A stretch of DNA of 13,070 nucleotides from assembly GCA_964608675.1 (NCBI GenBank), contig CAZSOZ010000010.1:1-13070 (forward strand), in the 5' to 3' direction. Below are positions 6,367-13,070 of the stretch, in pieces; the first letter of the stretch is position 1; each line of letters opens with the position of its first letter. Under the pieces are notes generated by a model. It ran no database searches. It worked only from the letters and a program-made list of their open reading frames with translations, and had not been told where the DNA came from. The stretch comes from an uncultured archaeon (GTDB lineage Archaea > Iainarchaeota > Iainarchaeia > Iainarchaeales > 1-14-0-10-31-34). The translations under genes and the position numbers were made by a program.

Positions 6367-9300
6367 ATGAACAAAAAACAATGGCTGATCCTTGGCATGC
6401 TCGGCGCGTGCAACTTTGTCGTCTGTTCCTTACTCGCTATCCTAGCGATCGTGGATTTGCCCTTTCCCGGTGCAGAAACGCCAACGCCTGCGCCCACTAT
6501 TGCACAATCAGGTTACCAGGGTCCCGAAGCCGAGAGCGTACGTCAGTTTGCTGAGGACCCCAGTCTGCAGCTTGAAGACCGTGGCGTAGAAGACTATCCA
6601 TTCGGACAAACCCGTCGGTTGGTGACAAGCGGTGGTCAAGATAGAACGAGCTATGAGGTGGACATTGAGACCGGCGAGGTTCGAAAGATGTTCCACTACG
6701 GCCAGCAATCGGAGACGGTAGAAATCAGTCGCGAGCAAGCGCGCAATTTGGCAGTGGATTTTGCCCGTTCCCACTACTCCGACTTCGACACATTAGGCTT
6801 GACGTTGGTGACTGATCAATTGGTGGACCATGGGGACCAAGCTGATAAGTTCTACTCCTTTCGATGGGTGCTCTTTGACGCTGATTCCGGTGCAATCTTG
6901 CCTTTCATGGTTCGCATACGGGTCAACGCTGTCACGGGGCAAATTGCCAGCTACAGCAACCTCCGCCAAGAGGTGATAGTATCCACTCAACCTCAGATTG
7001 ACAGGGATCGGGCCCGAGAGATCGCTGTAGCAACCGTTGCGGAACAGATGCCTGATGTCCAGGCGCAGAGCGTATCGTTGAGTGTCACAACTCTGCCGAG
7101 GGAGGAAGGATATAGTGAGCAGATGCTGCTATGGCAGGTCGTCGTAACTGGACAGTCCGCCGAGATGGATTCGACACCTGGAGCTGTAGTCTACATCAAC
7201 GCCCACACAGGAACAATGGAGAGAATGGCCCCCTTTGTTGGTACAGCTTGGCCGGCGCCTTTGGCACAACAGCGAAGAGACAGCGTCTATCCGCTCTCAG
7301 AAAGCACTTCGTACAGGATTGACATCTATCAAGGTGTACGCGCCGGCGATGCCGGCGACAAGTTCGACTATCTTGCCAATGAAGCCGGTTATGAACTGAG
7401 GCATTACCTTGAGGACCAAGGCTATGACTGCATTACCGAACCACGATTGTACCACGATGCCGACGATAACTTCGTACTGAACAACCTGCCAAACGATGTC
7501 ATTTTCATGTTTGTGGGTCACAGTAATCCTCTCTTGATTCAACTTGAACGTAACGATGGATCGATAACTAGATTGAGTTCATCCCAGATTCGAGACCTGC
7601 AAAGCGTCAACTCCCCAATGCCTCTTAGTAACCTGCAATTGGCTATTTTTGTGGGCTGTAACTCGGGTCGCGATTACGAAGAGTTTACAGAAGAGGCCTG
7701 CCCTAACGGTTTAGCCGACTGCGGTTTACTCCCAGCAACCCTAGATGCAGGCACTCGTGCAGCAATCGGTTTTGCCAACTACATCATGCCCCGTCAAGTG
7801 AAGGTTTGGAATAGCAAGTTTTGGGATTATCTGTTGAATGATGGGGTGAGTATTGAGGACGCCGCTTTGAGTGCAGCCGAAGGCTTCGCCTTCTATCAGT
7901 TTGACATTAATTTCGATCCGATCGACGGGTCTTGGGCAGAAATCATCCCTGCGTTGAACAGCGACACCGTCGTCGTAAGAGGGAATGATGGGGCTGAAAA
8001 CGAGCCCTTAGATTTGGGCTCTTTGTGTGCTTCTCTTCCGCGACTCGAAACGTACACAGCCAACGTAAGTGTAGAACCGGATCTAGCTTGCCCCGGTCAA
8101 GTGTTGCATCAAGACGGCACAGGATTTGCGCCCGGCCAACCAGTGGAGCTGACCTTTACCCACGAGAGAACCGGCCAAACGTGGACCTACACGATCCCGG
8201 CAGAGAACGTGCTGGACGACGGGACGGGCAACGGCAACTACATCCACGAGTTCACTATGACCACGGACTTCCCCGCCGGACGGTATCACTACACCGCCTA
8301 CCAGCCGGCCAGCGGGCGCGAGAGCAACTCCGTCCAGTATTGGCTCTCCAACCCCCAGGTCACCAACCCCGGCGTGGGCTGGCCGGGGGCGACAGTGGAC
8401 GAAAGCGGCACGGGGTTTGGCCCAGGCGAAGATGTCGAGTTGGTGTTTACCTATCCCGACGGCAGCCAGCATACCGCACAAGAGACTACAGACGAGCAGG
8501 GTGCTTACCAGCACCTCTATCCGATACCGGCATCGGATGAGGTGCTGCCGGGCTGGTATACGTATTCGGCGCGTGGATTGACCAGCGGGTGCAGCAGCGC
8601 ACCGGTCCGTTTCTGGATCACCGACCCACAGGTCGCCGTTTCCCAGGACGATTACGTGTGCCAGGTCTCTGGAACAGGATTTACACCGGGAGAGCAAATC
8701 GACATTCAAATGGTTCGCGAGAGCGTTCTCACGTCTGGGGAGGCCGACAATCGCACGCTGAATGACACGACCGGTGCGAACGACGCGGGCGAGTTCACCT
8801 ATCAGGCCCGCCTGGACCTGGCCGGCAAGACCTACGATTCGTTGCGCTTCATCGTTACGGACAGCCGCTCTGGGTTGACGATGGCACCCGAGACCACGTG
8901 CGAGCTGGTGGAACTCCACGGGCTGGAGGAGCTGCCCACAGAGGGTTTGGTGGCGTATTATCCCTTCAACGGCAACGCCAACGACGAAAGCGGCAGCGGA
9001 AACGACGGGATCGTCGAAGGCGCAACGCTGACGGCGGACCGCTTTGGCCATCCGAATAGCGCGTATGCGTTCAATGGGCAAACGGACTACATCGTCTCAA
9101 GTCGCACTGACTCGCTCGAGACTGATTACACAGTCTCTTTGTGGTTCAATCATATAGAGTCGAATGGCATCTTATTTCACAGAGGCAGAAGTAATGAATG
9201 CGAATATGAACCAAGGCTGGCTGTCGAGTATCAGGTGTTGCATGGGATGGTTTCGGGTTGCAGCGGTGGAGGAAGGTTTGGAGCAGTAGATGTAGCTCCT

Positions 9301-9960
9301 GGTGCCTGGCACCACGTTGTAGAGATTGTTCGAGGAAGATCACAAGAGCTTTACGTCGATGGTCAGCTTGTGGCGACGGGGAATAAAACTCCAGCAAGCA
9401 CTTCCTCCAGATTCTTCATAGGAGTAGTAACGCCAGATGGCAGCAATCCAGGCGTAGCCACATCCTTTTTCCATGGCATCATAGACGACGTCCGCGTCTA
9501 CAATCGCGCTTTGAGCGAGACGGAGGTCCAGGCGCTGTACCACGAGGGCGATTGGGAACCGGAGCCCGTATCCTCTGAAGAACTAGAGGTTCCCTTCAGT
9601 GGTGGCCCAAATGCAGTTACCACCCAAAACAGCTACCGTGGGCGAGTGCTGATCACCGTTTCTGGCACAGGTAGAGCGGCAGGCAGGCAACTGAGTGATG
9701 CCTTCTATCTCTTCACCGACGGAGCGGGCAACACCACGTCACCGCGCCACCCGACCGACCGGTACAACTGGCTCCTGTGGATCAACGGCGCCCACGCAGA
9801 GCGATTTATCGTCGGTGGGCAGGTGCCGGCCTACCGCGAAGACCACGTCTACACCTTTGAGATTGAGGCACCTGGCGGTCCATTGACGTTCGGGATAGGC
9901 GATATTGGAGGAAGGGATAATCAGGGAAGCTACCAAGTGCGTATCCAACGTATCCCATAA
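6367..9960 (+). CDS. Large exported/membrane-anchored multidomain protein: PepSY-like repeats, caspase/gingipain-fold (clan CD) peptidase-like domain, 3 Ig-like repeats, LamG domain, C-terminal LecA-like domain
   Basis: N-terminal KK plus hydrophobic helix; V(D/N)xxTG and I(S/D)RxxARxxA repeats; IFMFVGHS (H385) and LAIFVGCNSG (C431); GTGFxPG three times; GLVAYYPFNGNANDESG...IDDVRVYNRALS; C-terminal DNQGSYQV. Confidence 0.85.
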   Translation: MNKKQWLILGMLGACNFVVCSLLAILAIVDLPFPGAETPTPAPTIAQSGYQGPEAESVRQFAEDPSLQLEDRGVEDYPFGQTRRLVTSGGQDRTSYEVDIETGEVRKMFHYGQQSETVEISREQARNLAVDFARSHYSDFDTLGLTLVTDQLVDHGDQADKFYSFRWVLFDADSGAILPFMVRIRVNAVTGQIASYSNLRQEVIVSTQPQIDRDRAREIAVATVAEQMPDVQAQSVSLSVTTLPREEGYSEQMLLWQVVVTGQSAEMDSTPGAVVYINAHTGTMERMAPFVGTAWPAPLAQQRRDSVYPLSESTSYRIDIYQGVRAGDAGDKFDYLANEAGYELRHYLEDQGYDCITEPRLYHDADDNFVLNNLPNDVIFMFVGHSNPLLIQLERNDGSITRLSSSQIRDLQSVNSPMPLSNLQLAIFVGCNSGRDYEEFTEEACPNGLADCGLLPATLDAGTRAAIGFANYIMPRQVKVWNSKFWDYLLNDGVSIEDAALSAAEGFAFYQFDINFDPIDGSWAEIIPALNSDTVVVRGNDGAENEPLDLGSLCASLPRLETYTANVSVEPDLACPGQVLHQDGTGFAPGQPVELTFTHERTGQTWTYTIPAENVLDDGTGNGNYIHEFTMTTDFPAGRYHYTAYQPASGRESNSVQYWLSNPQVTNPGVGWPGATVDESGTGFGPGEDVELVFTYPDGSQHTAQETTDEQGAYQHLYPIPASDEVLPGWYTYSARGLTSGCSSAPVRFWITDPQVAVSQDDYVCQVSGTGFTPGEQIDIQMVRESVLTSGEADNRTLNDTTGANDAGEFTYQARLDLAGKTYDSLRFIVTDSRSGLTMAPETTCELVELHGLEELPTEGLVAYYPFNGNANDESGSGNDGIVEGATLTADRFGHPNSAYAFNGQTDYIVSSRTDSLETDYTVSLWFNHIESNGILFHRGRSNECEYEPRLAVEYQVLHGMVSGCSGGGRFGAVDVAPGAWHHVVEIVRGRSQELYVDGQLVATGNKTPASTSSRFFIGVVTPDGSNPGVATSFFHGIIDDVRVYNRALSETEVQALYHEGDWEPEPVSSEELEVPFSGGPNAVTTQNSYRGRVLITVSGTGRAAGRQLSDAFYLFTDGAGNTTSPRHPTDRYNWLLWINGAHAERFIVGGQVPAYREDHVYTFEIEAPGGPLTFGIGDIGGRDNQGSYQVRIQRIP
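8060..8910 (+). repeat. Three tandem ~90-100-aa Ig-like repeats (protein level)
   Basis: GTGFAPGQPVELTFT (8116), GTGFGPGEDVELVFT (8407), GTGFTPGEQIDIQM (8671); the first two end in WLSNPQV / WITDPQV. Confidence 0.75.
9589..9945 (+). repeat. LecA-like domain, copy 1
   Basis: Gapless 119-aa alignment with 12514-12870; 72/119 identical by hand count. Confidence 0.9.
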
Positions 9961-9963
9961 GCC

Positions 9964-12900
9964 ATGAGACGCCCTGCCGTTGGCCCCAGCCTGTTGGAGG
10001 ACGACGTCGATCACTCCACCGTGCAGAGCAACACCCTGACCCACCAGAGCACAGGCGTGGAATTGTTCTCCAGCCACCACAATGCCATCCTCAGCAACAC
10101 GCTTTCCAGCGGACCGGCCGGCAACGAGACCCAGCAGAACAGTTGCTGGGGCGTCCGGCTCTACACCTCGACTCACAACCTGATTCAGGGCAACCAGGCC
10201 GATTACGTGGACCGCGAACGGTACGGGTTCTCCAGCGGTGACTCGGCCGGCATCCTGCTCGTCTACCATTCGGACGAGAACCAGGTCATCGGCAACTCGT
10301 TCACCCACAGCGGCGACGGATTTTTCATCGGCAATGAGAACGGCGCGCCCAGCAACCACAACTACATCGCGGACAATGATGGCTCCTACTCGCCGCACAA
10401 CGCATTCGAGACAACCTTCTCCGATGGGAACGTCTTCGAGAATAACGTCGCCTCCCACAGTCACTATGGATTCTGGCTAGGGTATTCCTACAACACCCAG
10501 GTGATCGGCAACGAGATCAACGACAACAGCGCGGTGGGCGTCGCCATTGAGCACGGCCACGATAACGCCATCATCAGCAACACCATCGCCAGCAACCCAA
10601 CCGGCGTCCGTCTCTGGGATGACGCCGCCGGCAATCCGTCCACGGACTACACCATCCGAGGCAACACGCTGATCACCAACACGACTGCTATCGCTATTGA
10701 GGACACCGACCGGGTATCCGTCGCCTACAACCAGATCGCGGACAACACTCAGCGCGGGGTCTGGGTGCAATCTATGTCCAACGGCGTGAACCTGGCCCAC
10801 AACGACATCACCTGCCAGGGCGTCGCCTGCACCTACGCCGTGGTCAACGGTATGCCGGATGGGCGATATGTGACCGCCCATCATAACTGGTGGGGGACCG
10901 CCACCAGCGGCGGGATCGAATCCGCCATCTACGACCATGTGGACGATTCAGCCAAGGGATACGTCTACTACGCGCCTTTCCGCCAGGAACCGGTGGGTAC
11001 GTCAACGTACCAGCCCGACTATATTCCGCTGACCGATGCGGCGATCAGCGGCCCGACGACGGGCGCCGCCCAGACGTATCATACATTCATCACCGCGGCT
11101 GGCCCCAGCACCACCACTCGACCGATCACCTACGTCTGGCAGACCGTCGAGCAATCCCCCATCACCCACACCAACGACCTGAGCGATGTCGTGAGCCTAT
11201 CCTGGAATACACCCGGCGCCCAAACCATTGCCGTCACTGCCACCAACGCCGCGGGAACAGTCGCCAGCACGCACGTCATCACCATCAGCGGCGATGGCGA
11301 CTCGCGACCACCGGCGTGCGGCCCGGAGATAGACACCTGGTCAGAGACGACCGCCTTACCTCAGGCGATGGGAACGCCCTTTTTGGGCGCCGGGCGGCAG
11401 CTCATCACCCATAACGGATACGTTTACTTTTTCAGCAACGGATACGACCACGACCCACGACCGACCACGGCTTACTACAGCCCCATCGACGCCGACGGCG
11501 CCCTGGGCACCTGGACCGAGACGACATCGCCGCCGGGCGAGTACTACGACCACGCCGTGGTGCGCGTCGGGGATTACGTCTACTTCATCACCGGGGCCGC
11601 CAATTCCACCGCCGTCTACTACGCTTCCATCAACGCCGACGGCTCGCTGGGCGCGTGGGCCAGCACCACCTCCCTGACTCCCTCCCGGCAGAACTTTGCT
11701 GCGGTCGCTTACGGGGAACACGTCTATGTCTCCGGCGGCAACGCCACGGGGACCCGCGACTTTGTCAAGGTCACGTCTGTGAACGCGGACGGATCGCTCG
11801 ACACCTGGGCGGACACCACCCCGCTGCCAGAAGTGATGGAGGGGCACACGATGGTCGCTCACGATGGACGCCTCTACGTCCTGGCCCCCAACAGCGCCGC
11901 CTATCACGCCCCCATCAACGCCGATGGTACGGTGGGCGATTGGGCTGCGACCACCGCGATGCCCCAGGCGATGTCCCGCTACGCCACGGTGGAATGCAGC
12001 GATCACCTGTATCTGTTGGGCGGCGGCTCTGCCTCCGTCACCTACGCGCCCGTGATGGACGGCGGCGCGCTGGGACAATGGCGGACGACCACCCCGCTGC
12101 CGGAACAGCGCAACCGTCTGCGGGTCGGCGCGCATAATTGCGCCCTCTACGCTGTCGGTGGATACGACGGCAGCAGCTACCAGGATACCGTCTACTACAC
12201 CCAACTGCCGGTGGCGCCGACCGGGGTGACCATCAGCGGGCCGGACGCCGGCGCCGTGCAGACCGAGCACACCTTCACCGCCACAGTTAGCCCGGTCACA
12301 GCGACGAAGCCTATCACCTACACCTGGCAGGCCACTGGTCAGCGCGAGGTGCTCACCGCCACGGACGATCTGGATCATAGCGTATCCTTCGCCTGGGACA
12401 CGCCAGGGACAAAAACCATCAGCGTGACCGTATCCAATGGCTGGCATTCGGTCACTGACAGCTACACTGTCACGATCTCATCGGGAATCGTGTGTGAGGA
12501 AGAGACGGTGGTCGTCCCCTTTGCTGGCGGCCCCTCCGCCGTCACCACCTCCGGCGCATACACCAACGACGTGATGCTCATCGTCTCTGGTATGGGACAA
12601 GCGGCCGGCGCGAAGTACAGCGACGCTTTCTACATCTTCACCGATGAGGATGGCAACCCCATCACGCCCTGGCACTCGACGTACCAGTACAATTGGGTGA
12701 TGTGGATCAACGGACAGCACGCCGAAAACCTGATCCTTGACCAGCAGACACCGGCCTACCGCGGCGATCATATCTACTCCTTCCCCATCGAGGCGCCGGG
12801 CGGGAATTTGACCTTCGGCGTGGGAGATACCGGCACGGGGGATAACACAGGCAGCTACACCGTCACTATCCGCTCGAACTGTCAGTTGACGGGGACTGTC

Positions 12901-13070
12901 ACCAAAGCGGTCAGCGAGGGGGTAGCAAATCCAGGCGACGTGCTCACCTATACCATCACGCTGAACGTCGCCGGGAACACCTTCGCGATCACCGATACGG
13001 TTCCCGAGCACGCCACTTACGTGCCCGGCAGCGCCACAGGAGGCGCCACCTACGTCACCGAGACCGACAG
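9964..13070 (+). CDS. Large surface protein, open at the 3' end and apparently 5'-truncated: parallel beta-helix (NosD-like), PKD, six-blade Kelch, PKD, LecA-like, DUF11
   Basis: Manually translated frame +1 has no stop from 9964 to the window end, so it is missing from the track. Beta-helix repeats (DSAGILLV..GDGFFIG..YGFWLGYSYNTQVIGNEI), NWWG motif, ISGP..PITYxW..WxTPG twice, Kelch repeats, TKAVS...PGDVLTYTITL...ITDTVP..TYVPGS. Strong GC3 bias. Confidence 0.88.
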   Translation, partial: MRRPAVGPSLLEDDVDHSTVQSNTLTHQSTGVELFSSHHNAILSNTLSSGPAGNETQQNSCWGVRLYTSTHNLIQGNQADYVDRERYGFSSGDSAGILLVYHSDENQVIGNSFTHSGDGFFIGNENGAPSNHNYIADNDGSYSPHNAFETTFSDGNVFENNVASHSHYGFWLGYSYNTQVIGNEINDNSAVGVAIEHGHDNAIISNTIASNPTGVRLWDDAAGNPSTDYTIRGNTLITNTTAIAIEDTDRVSVAYNQIADNTQRGVWVQSMSNGVNLAHNDITCQGVACTYAVVNGMPDGRYVTAHHNWWGTATSGGIESAIYDHVDDSAKGYVYYAPFRQEPVGTSTYQPDYIPLTDAAISGPTTGAAQTYHTFITAAGPSTTTRPITYVWQTVEQSPITHTNDLSDVVSLSWNTPGAQTIAVTATNAAGTVASTHVITISGDGDSRPPACGPEIDTWSETTALPQAMGTPFLGAGRQLITHNGYVYFFSNGYDHDPRPTTAYYSPIDADGALGTWTETTSPPGEYYDHAVVRVGDYVYFITGAANSTAVYYASINADGSLGAWASTTSLTPSRQNFAAVAYGEHVYVSGGNATGTRDFVKVTSVNADGSLDTWADTTPLPEVMEGHTMVAHDGRLYVLAPNSAAYHAPINADGTVGDWAATTAMPQAMSRYATVECSDHLYLLGGGSASVTYAPVMDGGALGQWRTTTPLPEQRNRLRVGAHNCALYAVGGYDGSSYQDTVYYTQLPVAPTGVTISGPDAGAVQTEHTFTATVSPVTATKPITYTWQATGQREVLTATDDLDHSVSFAWDTPGTKTISVTVSNGWHSVTDSYTVTISSGIVCEEETVVVPFAGGPSAVTTSGAYTNDVMLIVSGMGQAAGAKYSDAFYIFTDEDGNPITPWHSTYQYNWVMWINGQHAENLILDQQTPAYRGDHIYSFPIEAPGGNLTFGVGDTGTGDNTGSYTVTIRSNCQLTGTVTKAVSEGVANPGDVLTYTITLNVAGNTFAITDTVPEHATYVPGSATGGATYVTETD
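11026..12477 (+). repeat. Two PKD-like domains (11026-11286, 12214-12477) flanking six Kelch-like repeats (~11338-12207)
   Basis: Both PKD copies share ISGPxxGAxQTxHTF..PITYxWQ..WxTPG..I.VT..N. Each Kelch blade begins WxxTT and most end I/V-(N/D)-ADG-x-L/V-G. Confidence 0.8.
12514..12870 (+). repeat. LecA-like domain, copy 2
   Basis: VPFAGGPSAVTT...SDAFYIFTD...YNWVMWING...PAYRGDH...IEAPGGNLTFGVGD...DNTGSY; paralog of 9589-9945. Confidence 0.9.

Noticed and set aside
11480-11935. Periodic (A/G)ACGC(C/G)GA(C/T)GG motif as a CRISPR array
   Set aside because: These are degenerate, in-frame codons for the (N/D)ADG motif of the Kelch blades, about 130-150 nt apart, with no cas genes.
9589-12870. 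Paired repeat as a diversity-generating retroelement TR/VR
   Set aside because: Differences involve all four bases and include many synonymous changes rather than being adenine-specific. Both copies are coding and there is no reverse transcriptase in the window.
8083-13011. Long minus-strand ORFs (8083-9081, 9739-10464, 10477-10938, 11356-12447, 12478-13011) and alternative plus-frame ORFs
   Set aside because: They are shadows of GC3-biased plus-strand genes and have no recognisable motifs.

Overview
This is a bacterial window, probably Chloroflexota/Anaerolineae-like (inferred from domain repertoire only), with nearly all genes on the + strand. It has three blocks. (1) 1-1.9 kb: a two-gene unit (DUF3307 membrane protein plus a TIGR01210/RaSEA-like radical SAM enzyme) with a divergent 34-aa small ORF and a palindrome-rich intergenic region. 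(2) 2-6.4 kb: a lower-GC cluster with a small membrane protein and four consecutive zinc-ribbon genes: TPR-ZnR-DUF4013, TPR-M48 peptidase-double ZnR, ZnR-multi-TM, and a probably frameshifted ZnR gene. A 158-bp MITE-like element sits inside this cluster. (3) 6.4-13.07 kb: two large surface proteins. The first is a 1197-aa protein (PepSY-like repeats, clan CD His/Cys peptidase-like domain, 3 Ig-like repeats, LamG, LecA-like domain). The second, absent from the ORF track, is an in-frame, apparently 5'-truncated ORF running off the window (beta-helix, PKD, 6-blade Kelch, PKD, second LecA-like copy, DUF11). All family calls come from motif recognition by eye, not from database searches. No rRNA, tRNA, CRISPR array or transposase was seen.
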